From NCBI GenBank assembly GCA_002706065.1, contig PAJM01000020.1:16033-80032 (forward strand): 64,000 nucleotides of DNA, written 5' to 3'. How positions within the stretch are numbered: the stretch's first letter is position 1; each line of letters begins with the position of its first letter. The notes beneath the pieces were generated by a model. It worked only from the letters and a program-made list of their open reading frames with translations, had not been told where the DNA came from and made no database searches. The stretch comes from Methanobacteriota archaeon. Lineage in GTDB: Archaea; Thermoplasmatota; Poseidoniia; Poseidoniales; Poseidoniaceae. Of the stretch, positions 37,112-46,275 are shown piece by piece. The position numbers and the translations under genes were made by a program.

Positions 37112-38390
37112 GCGAACATTCTTCCTTGCTCTCCTCTTCGTCCTCCCTCTTCTTGGAGCGATGAACGTCAGTGCTGAATCGGATATTGGTTTGGAAGAGG
37201 CTGGAATTACGATGGTTGCTCTTCGAAACGATACGCTCGATCTCAACCAAGATGGTGATGTCGATGCAGTTCGCGTAGTGGTCATCCTCAATTCCACAAT
37301 CGAGTCAACCATTGTTGATGTGCGCTTAATCGCGACACACAATGATCGAGAGGTGGTCGAATCGACGACAATTGAAATCGTTGGACAAACCAATGCAAGT
37401 CTGACCTACGATGCATGGTCGCGAGGCTCCCATGATCTCGTACTCGGATTTTATGACATGAATGGTGCTGAAATTTCATCAATCACGTTGCTGACGTACG
37501 AAATGGTTCCTGCCTTGCAAACACCGATGCTATCGCTTCAATTCATTGGTCAAAACAATCTACAAACCGGTTCAAATTGTGAAATAAACCGTATGTTTGC
37601 AGATGAGACAGGTCCTCGTTACGGGGCGTTGGGTACGCTTACGTTTACCGGCGCACCGTTCATCGTATTGGACAACGCCACCAATATTGATTGTTCAGGT
37701 TGGCCAGCAGGAGAATATTCGCTACGTGAGACCTATCGCAACGAACTTGGACAGACTGCTGAAACATCGTTGAATCTCACCATCGAAAATCGACCTGCTC
37801 CGACCTTCGAGTTGGTTGTCAATGGAGATGGACAAACAACCGATCGGTCCTGCTTAATTGCAATTCAGCCGACCAATCCGAATGAAGACTTTGCGCCATA
37901 CACGAAAGAATGGGATGTCTCGACCACCTCTACGATTACTGAGGGAGCGGTCTACGATTGTTCCAGCCTTCCTGCAGGTGTTCACCTCGTCGTGCTCAAA
38001 GTAACCAATTTGGAGAACATTGCGAGTACGCAAGCGGTCAACATCGTTCGATTACCAGCCGCCGAGTTGTCCGCAGAAGAACAAGAAGCACTCCCAAGTC
38101 AATCCTTTGGCGAAGAAACTGAAACAGAAGCTGTAGGCTGGTACACCATTTCTGTTCTGGGGTTGATCGTTGGCATCGTTGCGTTCGTTCTTTTGGTTCG
38201 AATCCGTGAGGACGACGAACTTCTGACGTTACCGGAACTCGGACCAGCACCACAGATTCTCAACGATGGTTCACCCGATTCTGAAGGATTACCGACGATT
38301 GTTGATGATGAAGGCCAATTGTGGCGTAAGCATCCTGACGGTTCGCTTGACTGGTGGGATACGACCTACAACATTTGGCAACGATGGTGA
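37104..38390 (+). CDS. type I membrane glycoprotein-like protein, SD-coupled to the TSP3-repeat gene
   Basis: GGAGGTGA lies 5 nt upstream of ATG 37104, and there is an 8-nt overlap with the upstream stop. Signal peptide 'FFLALLFVLPLLGAMNVSAES', many N-x-S/T sequons, TM 'WYTISVLGLIVGIVAFVLLV', and a Trp-rich tail 'LWRKHPDGSLDWWDTTYNIWQRW'. Confidence 0.55.
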   Translation: MRKRTFFLALLFVLPLLGAMNVSAESDIGLEEAGITMVALRNDTLDLNQDGDVDAVRVVVILNSTIESTIVDVRLIATHNDREVVESTTIEIVGQTNASLTYDAWSRGSHDLVLGFYDMNGAEISSITLLTYEMVPALQTPMLSLQFIGQNNLQTGSNCEINRMFADETGPRYGALGTLTFTGAPFIVLDNATNIDCSGWPAGEYSLRETYRNELGQTAETSLNLTIENRPAPTFELVVNGDGQTTDRSCLIAIQPTNPNEDFAPYTKEWDVSTTSTITEGAVYDCSSLPAGVHLVVLKVTNLENIASTQAVNIVRLPAAELSAEEQEALPSQSFGEETETEAVGWYTISVLGLIVGIVAFVLLVRIREDDELLTLPELGPAPQILNDGSPDSEGLPTIVDDEGQLWRKHPDGSLDWWDTTYNIWQRW

Positions 38391-39268
38391 ATGCGATGCC
38401 TGATTGGATGTTGTACGTACTTCTCGCACTGGCTGGAATCCTTGTTCTGTTGGTTCTCAATGGGATATGGATCTGGTGGACTCGAGTTCGCCCACGGCAG
38501 CCGAAGTTGCATGCAGATTGGGCTGCGGACTGTGAGCATACGCCGTCCGCCGTGTTCAATGACTCACTCATCACCTTCCGAAACGTTCGAGATTTCCACT
38601 GGCGTACGACGAAAGATCGAGATGAGAAATGGGCTGATGAAGTCAAGGTTGATTCATCCAAAGTTAAGCACATTTGGTTTATTGTGGACCAATTCCATTC
38701 CTTCAGGGGGATGTCACATACGTACCTCACGTTCGAATTTTCAGATGGAACATGTCTCTCATTCTCTTTTGAAACTCGACGTGAGCGGGGAAAAAGATAC
38801 CATCCATGGACGGGCTTATGGCGGTCGTATGAGATGTATTTGCTCGTAGGTTTCGAGCGAGATGTGACCCAGTTACGAACGCATGCACGAAACAACATTG
38901 TCTCGATGTATCGTGTAATCACACCTCCAGATAAAGAACGGCAAATGATCGTTCAAATGGCCCATCGTTTGAACCAATTAGCCGACCGTCCTGAATTCTA
39001 TCACACTCTCTTCAAGACCTGCAACACGTCAATTGTAAAGGCAGTCAACACAGTTACGCCAGGAAGAATCCCATTCCTTTGGCGTAATTTCCTACCCGGT
39101 TATACGCCCAAGGCAGCATTGAAATTGAATTTGATTGAGAATTGGGGTGGGTTGGATGCAACCATGGAGCGCGCTCGAATTGATATACATGCAAAAGAAT
39201 GGGATGGAGAGAGTGATTATAGTGCATTCATCCGGTCTGGGTTACCCCCCTCACCCTTGGACGAGTAA
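38384..39268 (+). CDS. DUF4105-like membrane-anchored protein (conserved His/Cys)
   Basis: ATGGTGA overlap with the upstream stop. N-terminal TM 'WMLYVLLALAGILVLLVLNGIWIWW'. 'GMSHTYLTFEFSDG' and 'FYHTLFKTCNTSIV' resemble the conserved His and NC(T) motifs of DUF4105. This is from memory and tentative. Confidence 0.45.
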   Translation: MVNAMPDWMLYVLLALAGILVLLVLNGIWIWWTRVRPRQPKLHADWAADCEHTPSAVFNDSLITFRNVRDFHWRTTKDRDEKWADEVKVDSSKVKHIWFIVDQFHSFRGMSHTYLTFEFSDGTCLSFSFETRRERGKRYHPWTGLWRSYEMYLLVGFERDVTQLRTHARNNIVSMYRVITPPDKERQMIVQMAHRLNQLADRPEFYHTLFKTCNTSIVKAVNTVTPGRIPFLWRNFLPGYTPKAALKLNLIENWGGLDATMERARIDIHAKEWDGESDYSAFIRSGLPPSPLDE

Positions 39269-39874
39269 CAATAAATCTCCAGATTCAACTGAAACGGTAA
39301 TGACCGAATCAACAGCTTCGTTTGATACGCCACGCGTTCCTGATGACAACGACTCATGGTTGAGTGGATATTTGCATCCATTAAGATGAACACCTGAAGC
39401 AGTACCAAATGGAATTAAACTGACAAGTTTGCCTGGTTGAATCTCAATCTCTCGTGGAGTCGATTCAACCCGTTGTGCCTTCCAACCATCGAGAAGGATG
39501 ACGGCAGAACTTTTGCATTCAAACAAGGCAGAATAGGCTGCTAAATGGTGGTCATACCGCCCAATTTCAACTCCGACGACCGAAGAGTGTGAATCAGGAT
39601 AATGTTGCTTTACCCAACCGAGTCCTTTGGAGATGTCGCTTAGTTCCTGATTTGAATCATGAACAATTTGAGTTCCGTTCATGTTGCACTGTTCCAATAC
39701 GTCTGGATGAATACTGTCGAGATCTCCGATGACAACATCTGGAATAATATTCAACTCAATCAATCGGTTTGTGGCACCATCGAGAGCGACAAGAACCGAG
39801 AATTGTGAGATGTTTTCCTCAACATCAAACGATTGTGGCCACTCTCCATTTGCAACGATAAGAACACGAGCCAT
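39251..39874 (-). CDS. thiamine pyrophosphokinase
   Basis: 'VLIVANGEW', 'VLVALDGATNRLIELNIIPDVVIGDLDSI' (GDLDS motif), and a C-terminal beta-sandwich region ending 'SGDLLLL'. It overlaps the upstream gene convergently by 18 nt. Confidence 0.7.
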   Translation of the reverse strand: MARVLIVANGEWPQSFDVEENISQFSVLVALDGATNRLIELNIIPDVVIGDLDSIHPDVLEQCNMNGTQIVHDSNQELSDISKGLGWVKQHYPDSHSSVVGVEIGRYDHHLAAYSALFECKSSAVILLDGWKAQRVESTPREIEIQPGKLVSLIPFGTASGVHLNGCKYPLNHESLSSGTRGVSNEAVDSVITVSVESGDLLLLVQG

Positions 39875-39953
39875 GTACGCTCCATAGAGGGCTAATTCTT
39901 GACATCATGGGTTGTCTCGAATCGATCAGAAAGAACTCAGAGGCTGACAATGG

Positions 39954-39959
39954 TTTAGA
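39954..39959 (+). promoter_or_regulatory. TATA-like box (TTTAGA) for the giant FG-GAP/TSP3 gene, embedded in a 7-bp inverted repeat
   Basis: TTTAGA is centred about 26 nt upstream of ATG 39983. TTAGAAC(39955-61)-gttgagt-GTTCTAA(39969-75) is a perfect palindrome overlapping it. Confidence 0.35.
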
Positions 39960-39982
39960 ACGTTGAGTGTTCTAAGAAGTTC

Positions 39983-42900
39983 ATGCGCGGGCGGCGGATG
40001 CTTTTCAAATCGGTTCTCGCAACCGGACTTGTTCTGCTTATGCTGGTCCAATTGATGGCTCCAATTGCCTCTCAATCGATGACCAGTACACCTGTTTTGG
40101 CGGATGAATCGGTCATCGAATACACACTTCCAACCAATCTTGAGCACGGTCATGACCTCGCAGGTCAAACCATCGACATTGAAGGAATGACCGAACTGCT
40201 CGTACGGCCAGATTCCTCCATTGACATGTGGATGAGTGAGGTGCTTGTTTCTGGTACAGCTGGTGAGTTGAGCCCACCGAGTGTTTATGTTGCAGAGAAT
40301 GGCTCAAGTTACGTTTGTTGGATGAATGCGCAAGGTGAGGTTCGAATGGGAACTTACACATCAACAGGAGTCTTCTCCGAATCGATCATCGATACTGTCG
40401 ATACTTCGTTGGGAATCATTGGTTGTTCCGTAGTCGTCGATTCGTCCTATCGTCCGCTGGCGATTTATGGAGATGGAGCAAATTTGTCAATGGCTCGATT
40501 TGCGTTCCAAGGACAGGTCTACTCATCAGATACATGGTTGAAACGAACCATCATCGAGGATTTCTATCCGGATTCAATGGTTGTTCGATTGACCGATACT
40601 GGGAACGAATTTGCTGTAGTTAGGACGACTTCAGGAGAATTGTGGCAGGTCAACAACAGCGGATTACGTTGGGACAGCAGTTTACTTGACAGCGGGCCTG
40701 TGGGACAAGAGGTTGAACTGAAAATGGATGCAAATGGTGTTGCAAACATTGCTTACACACGAACCGGTGAAGCCGTCCGTTTGCAAGTTGATGGAAGTCA
40801 AATCACTGAACAAATACTTGCCCGAGAAGCATCTCTCCATACCGCAATTGGTCTTGATTTGGACATCAACGGACTTGCGCAAGTAGCAACAACATCATTT
40901 GCCGATGATCAAACAGGACTTTCAATCTTCAAGAGTTTGGAAGATCAATCCACAGGTCGCCTCTCCAGTCAAGCAATGAGCACCTACGAGCTCTATCCTG
41001 ATGTAGCAGAAGGTTCCGCTTCCTACGGTGATTTGAATTCTGATGGGTTTGACGATGTTGTCTTCACACAACCCGCAGCCTCAGATAGCGGATTGAACAA
41101 CAACGGGCGAGTAGTAGTGCTTTTCGGAGGCGCTGACGGTCTTGCATCATCGACTCCTGTTGTGCTCAGTGGATCACAAACGGCAGAACGCTACGGTCAA
41201 GGCATTGCAATTGGTGAGTTTTTGTCGAATGGAAACATGCAATTGCTCTTGTCTTCGCCCGGTTATGACAACACGAGCAGAGTGGATGAATTCAACCACG
41301 GTCTTCTATCATTGTACGAATGGAATCAAACTCAGTTTGATTTGATCTGGAGCATGATTGGGAACAACGAAGAGATGCTGGGTGAGGATGTTTCACTCAT
41401 CGATGATATGAACGGAGATGGATTCGATGACCTCGTTGCCTTACAAGGCAACTGGACCGATGGTGCATTGAACGGGCGCCTTTCTGTATTCCAAGGTTCG
41501 ACCGACGGTTTGACTTGGTCACACAACATCACTGCTTCGACCTCTGGACCGTTCTATGGTCGGGCAATGTCAAGTGGGGGCGATCTCAACGGAGATGGAT
41601 ATGGAGACTTTGTTGTCTCAAACTCTGGTGATGAAGACTCACCTGTCGGTTTCTCTGCAATCGAACTGTTCTATGGATCATCGAACGGTTTCTCTTTGAC
41701 ACCCGATCAAAGCATTCAACGGCTTGGACAAGGGACTCTACTTGGAAACGTTGTTGAGATCGTTGATGACATCAACAACGATGGTATGGACGAACTTCTG
41801 GTACAGGAATTCTCAGCACCAAATTCTCCACTGTACAGTGGTACAGTCCATCTTTTCATGGGCAATACGTCTGAAAACTTCAGTGAGACTCCAGATTGGA
41901 CGAGTCAAGGGACTGGAAATCAACGATTCGGATGGATGTTTGCGACTGCTGGAGACGTGAACGATGATGGCTACATGGATACATTCATTGGTTCTGGAAT
42001 GGCATACACTCCTTCAGGCCAAATCGATCTATACCTCGGTTCACAGAACGGATTCGTTCCAGCGGTTGAAACCATTCGCACAGGTGCACCTACTGTTCAC
42101 CTCGGTCTCGTCACTGTTGGTGGATTCGATTCGAATGCTGATGGAGCAATCGAGTTTGTCTATTCAACCAGAAACGCCACTCGAGGTACGTCCTACGGCA
42201 TTGACATGGTCACGGTAAGCAAGCAAGATTTCGATACGAGTCAATTTACCTTCGATGGGAAAATGTCGGGATTGAAACTGACGACATCGGATCGTGGTGA
42301 GACTGCAATGATGTTCTCACTCAACGCCTCTGCATCACATTCACTTGTTCATCTTGAACATGTCGAGGACGGTTCACCAGGTGGTTCATGGGTCGCCGAT
42401 ACCTTGGCTACATCACCCTCTCCATTCCAATTCCAGTTCGACGTGACACCTTCTGGTCAACCCGAGCTGGTTGTCTTGGAAGAGGGAACAGGTTACGTTC
42501 ACCATTCCACAACCTCTTGGACTTCGCTGCATCAGGAGATTCGTACGTTCAATGACTTTGGAACATATCCCGCCTCAGCAATCGATTCGAATGGTGATTT
42601 ACACATCATCTATTCGCACAACACGATTGAGAAGTTGTACTATTCGACCGAGGATTCGAGTGGCTCAGGCGGATGGGATACCAATGAAATCCTGTCCAAT
42701 TCAAATCTGACATCATCCCCAACCGTTTGGTTCGAAGGTGCAGACATGCACGTGCTCTATCGCGATGCGAATCTCGACAAGATTGAACATCTGATCAAAT
42801 CCGGAAGCAGTTGGTCTACGGCCACTGAGCTGGATTCAGGGCTTGCTGTCGGAAAGGAACACGTTGCGCTCCAACTTTCGAACGGTACGACCTTGGTTGC

Positions 42901-45900
42901 AACAACCGTCAACAACTCTGGTATTCATGAATTGCAGATTGTGGACATTGACCACGATGTTTCAACACCATTGAGGAACCTCAGTGATGGAACAGCTGAA
43001 TTGTCGATGTGCATGGATTCAAGCAATACAATTGTTCTGCTCTCTCTTGATTCCAATGGTATTCTCGTGACACACGAACGAAACGCTACAACGGAATTGT
43101 GGACGAACGTTTCAATGCAGCAACTTGGTCTAACCAACGGTCAGACCGATGGTTATGATTTGGCCTGTACTCAGCACGGCTCGTCGCTGATCTTTGCTGT
43201 GCAAGCATCGGTGAATGCGTTGCATGAGCGCAACAGTACGGGCGCGTGGTCATCGTTTGGTGGCCATCCGACGTCCTCTGAAGGCGGTGCTTGGCAACTT
43301 GTTTCCAACGGTCCAGGAGTCATACTGATGACGACAACACCTGGGACTGACACACTCAACATCAATACGATGCATCTCGACGGTCGGTCCGAAGACCGCT
43401 CAGTCTGGTCGTCGCATGAAATGAAGAATGTCTATACAAACGCCAATTTCTCGGCAAATCTCGACTCCAACGGAACGATTGTCATCGGATATTTTGATTC
43501 TCAAGACTTGGATGTTGAAATGCTTCGACTCTACTCAGACTCCGATCGCGATCTCATCTTCGATCGCCTCGATGCCATGCCGAACGTTGGAGAGCAATGG
43601 GCCGACACCGACTTGGACGGGTTCGGCGATAATCCGACAGGACCATTATCGGACGATTGCCCCGCAGATTCAGGAATTTCTTACTTCTTCATTCAAGGTT
43701 GTGACGATTATGAACACGATGGTTTTGCAGACACAATCGATGCCTGCGATACCTATGACGGACGTTCGGTGTTCGATCGATATGGCTGTCCAGATTTCGA
43801 TGAGGATGGCTGGTCGAACAACGATGGTAATTGGATTCATGGAGACCGATTCCAGCAAAACTGGAAGCAGTCGAAAGACAGTGATGGCGACGGAGTCGGT
43901 GACAACTATGGTGTTGATTGCTGCAATGCAATGTTTGGCTTATCAGGGGCCTATGAGTACAGTCCTGGTGACAAATTCCCCAACAATCCACGTCAGTTCA
44001 AGGATTTCGATGATGACGGATACGGTGACAATGAATCGGATTTGTTGACCGGAGATTTTTGTCCATGGGATTATGGAACCTCATATCGTGACCGAAACGG
44101 TTGTCTTGACTCAGATGGTGATGGTGCGAGCGACCCTTCCAGCATTGGTGGCATCAATTGGGGTGTTCAGCAAGGGGCTGACATGTGGCCGAATGACCCC
44201 ACGCAATGGGCTGATACGGACGGTGACGGGTACGGTGACAACGGAACCATTGGTGCAACAAACCCAGATTTCTTCCCCTACAACATTGCAGCAGCTGATG
44301 ACAACGACAGCGATGGTTATCCTGATCGCTGGACTTCATCGTACAACGGTAGCAATGGCCAGGGTCTCATTCTCGATGGATGTCCTAGCGTGTACGGAAC
44401 CTCAATCAATCCGTTACCGGGTTGCCCCGATAGCGATGGTGATGGATGGGCCAATACGGACGATGACTTCCCACTCGACCCAACACAATTCCTCGACAAT
44501 GATGGTGATGGGTTTGGCGATAATGCTGATGGTAACAACCCTGATGAATGTCCGTTCCAGTTCGGTGTTGAAAATGGAACGGACGGCAACGGTTGCCCGC
44601 TCGTGAATACCGACGATACCGACGGCGATGGCGTTTACGATGAAGTGGATGTGTGTCCAAACTCCCCTTCCTTTGCAACTGTGGATGCAGATGGTTGTGC
44701 TGATTCACAACTTGACGACGATGCCGATGGAGTTTCCAACGCCGAAGATGCGTGTCCCGAAACACAAGCCTCAGCAGAGGTCGATTCGAGTGGGTGCAGC
44801 GATGAACAACTCGTCCAAGACAGCGATGGTGATGGCGTCGTCGACATTGACGACCTTTGCCCAGAATCATCCTTGACTGTCGATGCAAACGGCTGTGATG
44901 AAAACCAACGCGACTCCGATGGTGATGGCGTTGTGGACGGTGCACCTGATTTGTGTCCGAACACCGAGGCAGGCTTCCCCGTTGATTCAACTGGTTGTGT
45001 TGATGAGAGTGCTCTTGACCAAGATCTCGATGGCGATGGTTATCTTGGTGAGTATACCTTTGATATCGACAGTGAAACGGGATTGAGGATCAATGAGGCT
45101 GGAGATGCCTTCCCTCTCGATGGCACGCAATGGTACGATCAAGACGGTGACGGCTTCGGTGATAACCCGATGGGTAACAATGCTGACTTTTGCCCCGAGG
45201 AAACTGGGACATCCTACCTTGATGCCATAGAAATTGGGTGCGAAGATGACGGTGACGGTTGGGCTGATAATTGGGGTAGGGATAAATTCCCTGGCGATGC
45301 CACACAATGGAATGATTCAGATGGAGATGGCTACGGAGACAATTGGGGTGATGAGGCTTGGAATGAATCAAGAGATTCTACATGGCCAGGAGATTTCGTC
45401 GTGGGTGCGTCAACTCCCGATAAGTGTCCAAACTCACCTACAACCAACGTTGACGATGAAGGTTGCTCGAAGAGCGAGCGAGATACGGACGAAGACGGTG
45501 TCAACGACTTATTGGACAACTGTCCAGAACAACCGAAGGGTCCTGATGGATTCGATGATGGTTGTCCATTACCGAAATCCGAAACCGATGATGAAGGAAC
45601 TATGATTCTGGGTATGACCCTTCCTGTATTTGGTGGCGTACTTGCAGGTGGAATCGTAGCATTGCTGGTGCTAGTAATCGTGATTGGCCGACTCCGAAAT
45701 CGAGGCTATGACTTTGATGATGACGATGACGATGAGGATTTCTTTGATGATGATGACGATGAAGATGACTTCTTCTCCTCATTCCAGAGCAAACCGATGC
45801 CTTCGCGTTCGACTCCATTACCGTCGGCTGGACCTTCAGGTGGCCCTCCGGGTGGTTCACCGTCGCGTGGACCATCAGGTCCGAAACGTGGCCCTCCTGG

Positions 45901-46219
45901 CCGTGGTCCACCAGGTGGGTCAATGCCGCCTCGTTCTAGTCCTGCCTCACCGAGGGCGCCTGTTGAACAATCTGTCAAGTCTGACGACGCTGATCAACCA
46001 TCTCCACAAAAGAAGGTCCGTCGTGCACGGATTGAAGTCGACCTTTCACTGTTTGAAGACTGGCAAAACGAAGATCGAGATGCTGCAGTTGACTGGGTCG
46101 TAGGTGAACTTTCCGATGGTGGACAAGAACGTACACTGCTCATGCAGTTGCAAGGAACTGGTTGGTCTGCCCAGCAATCAAGAGCGATTTATGACATGGC
46201 TCGTAACCAACAATCGTAG
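39983..46219 (+). CDS. 2,078-aa type I membrane protein: N-terminal beta-rich region, 7 FG-GAP (integrin-alpha-like) repeats, second propeller-like region, ~19 thrombospondin type-3 repeats, TM, 176-aa cytoplasmic tail
   Basis: Signal peptide 'LFKSVLATGLVLLMLVQLMAPIAS'. FG-GAP loops: 'YGDLNSDGFDDVV', 'IDDMNGDGFDDLV', 'GGDLNGDGYGDFVV', 'VDDINNDGMDELLV', 'AGDVNDDGYMDTFI' and 'GGFDSNADGAIEFV' (aa ~340-740, nt ~41000-42200). TSP3 loops such as 'DSDGDGVVDIDDLCP' span aa ~1185-1865 (nt ~43535-45577). TM 'GGVLAGGIVALLVLVIVIG' (nt ~45605-45688) is followed by RLRNR. Confidence 0.8.
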   Translation: MRGRRMLFKSVLATGLVLLMLVQLMAPIASQSMTSTPVLADESVIEYTLPTNLEHGHDLAGQTIDIEGMTELLVRPDSSIDMWMSEVLVSGTAGELSPPSVYVAENGSSYVCWMNAQGEVRMGTYTSTGVFSESIIDTVDTSLGIIGCSVVVDSSYRPLAIYGDGANLSMARFAFQGQVYSSDTWLKRTIIEDFYPDSMVVRLTDTGNEFAVVRTTSGELWQVNNSGLRWDSSLLDSGPVGQEVELKMDANGVANIAYTRTGEAVRLQVDGSQITEQILAREASLHTAIGLDLDINGLAQVATTSFADDQTGLSIFKSLEDQSTGRLSSQAMSTYELYPDVAEGSASYGDLNSDGFDDVVFTQPAASDSGLNNNGRVVVLFGGADGLASSTPVVLSGSQTAERYGQGIAIGEFLSNGNMQLLLSSPGYDNTSRVDEFNHGLLSLYEWNQTQFDLIWSMIGNNEEMLGEDVSLIDDMNGDGFDDLVALQGNWTDGALNGRLSVFQGSTDGLTWSHNITASTSGPFYGRAMSSGGDLNGDGYGDFVVSNSGDEDSPVGFSAIELFYGSSNGFSLTPDQSIQRLGQGTLLGNVVEIVDDINNDGMDELLVQEFSAPNSPLYSGTVHLFMGNTSENFSETPDWTSQGTGNQRFGWMFATAGDVNDDGYMDTFIGSGMAYTPSGQIDLYLGSQNGFVPAVETIRTGAPTVHLGLVTVGGFDSNADGAIEFVYSTRNATRGTSYGIDMVTVSKQDFDTSQFTFDGKMSGLKLTTSDRGETAMMFSLNASASHSLVHLEHVEDGSPGGSWVADTLATSPSPFQFQFDVTPSGQPELVVLEEGTGYVHHSTTSWTSLHQEIRTFNDFGTYPASAIDSNGDLHIIYSHNTIEKLYYSTEDSSGSGGWDTNEILSNSNLTSSPTVWFEGADMHVLYRDANLDKIEHLIKSGSSWSTATELDSGLAVGKEHVALQLSNGTTLVATTVNNSGIHELQIVDIDHDVSTPLRNLSDGTAELSMCMDSSNTIVLLSLDSNGILVTHERNATTELWTNVSMQQLGLTNGQTDGYDLACTQHGSSLIFAVQASVNALHERNSTGAWSSFGGHPTSSEGGAWQLVSNGPGVILMTTTPGTDTLNINTMHLDGRSEDRSVWSSHEMKNVYTNANFSANLDSNGTIVIGYFDSQDLDVEMLRLYSDSDRDLIFDRLDAMPNVGEQWADTDLDGFGDNPTGPLSDDCPADSGISYFFIQGCDDYEHDGFADTIDACDTYDGRSVFDRYGCPDFDEDGWSNNDGNWIHGDRFQQNWKQSKDSDGDGVGDNYGVDCCNAMFGLSGAYEYSPGDKFPNNPRQFKDFDDDGYGDNESDLLTGDFCPWDYGTSYRDRNGCLDSDGDGASDPSSIGGINWGVQQGADMWPNDPTQWADTDGDGYGDNGTIGATNPDFFPYNIAAADDNDSDGYPDRWTSSYNGSNGQGLILDGCPSVYGTSINPLPGCPDSDGDGWANTDDDFPLDPTQFLDNDGDGFGDNADGNNPDECPFQFGVENGTDGNGCPLVNTDDTDGDGVYDEVDVCPNSPSFATVDADGCADSQLDDDADGVSNAEDACPETQASAEVDSSGCSDEQLVQDSDGDGVVDIDDLCPESSLTVDANGCDENQRDSDGDGVVDGAPDLCPNTEAGFPVDSTGCVDESALDQDLDGDGYLGEYTFDIDSETGLRINEAGDAFPLDGTQWYDQDGDGFGDNPMGNNADFCPEETGTSYLDAIEIGCEDDGDGWADNWGRDKFPGDATQWNDSDGDGYGDNWGDEAWNESRDSTWPGDFVVGASTPDKCPNSPTTNVDDEGCSKSERDTDEDGVNDLLDNCPEQPKGPDGFDDGCPLPKSETDDEGTMILGMTLPVFGGVLAGGIVALLVLVIVIGRLRNRGYDFDDDDDDEDFFDDDDDEDDFFSSFQSKPMPSRSTPLPSAGPSGGPPGGSPSRGPSGPKRGPPGRGPPGGSMPPRSSPASPRAPVEQSVKSDDADQPSPQKKVRRARIEVDLSLFEDWQNEDRDAAVDWVVGELSDGGQERTLLMQLQGTGWSAQQSRAIYDMARNQQS

Positions 46220-46275
46220 AGCACAACAGTAACCTCAAAAATAACACTCAATTGGCGAAGATAGGAGGGAGAAAA

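Noticed and set aside
38260-38922. 220-aa minus-strand ORF spanning the 37104/38384 gene junction.
   Set aside because: It overlaps two plus-strand genes that have signal/TM features and SD or overlap coupling. Its product is Ser/Arg/Cys-rich without motifs.
39955-39975. Perfect 7-bp inverted repeat TTAGAAC-N7-GTTCTAA just upstream of the giant gene, considered as an RNA hairpin, riboswitch or terminator.
   Set aside because: It is too short for a riboswitch. Its left arm coincides with a TATA-like TTTAGA at the right distance from the ATG, so it is more simply promoter DNA, possibly with an operator. I kept it only as a low-confidence regulatory note.
43428-44990. 206-aa (+), 177-aa (+) and 194-aa (-) ORFs inside the giant gene 39983-46219.
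   Set aside because: This is the same compositional artefact of Asp/Gly-rich repeats. The products are His/Arg/Thr/Met low-complexity strings, and all lie fully inside a 2,078-codon frame with coherent domain structure.
45706-45978. 90-aa minus-strand ORF rich in Gly/Pro/Arg opposite the giant protein's tail.
   Set aside because: It is the antisense reading of the Pro/Gly-rich and Asp-rich low-complexity coding tract, and it has no independent support.
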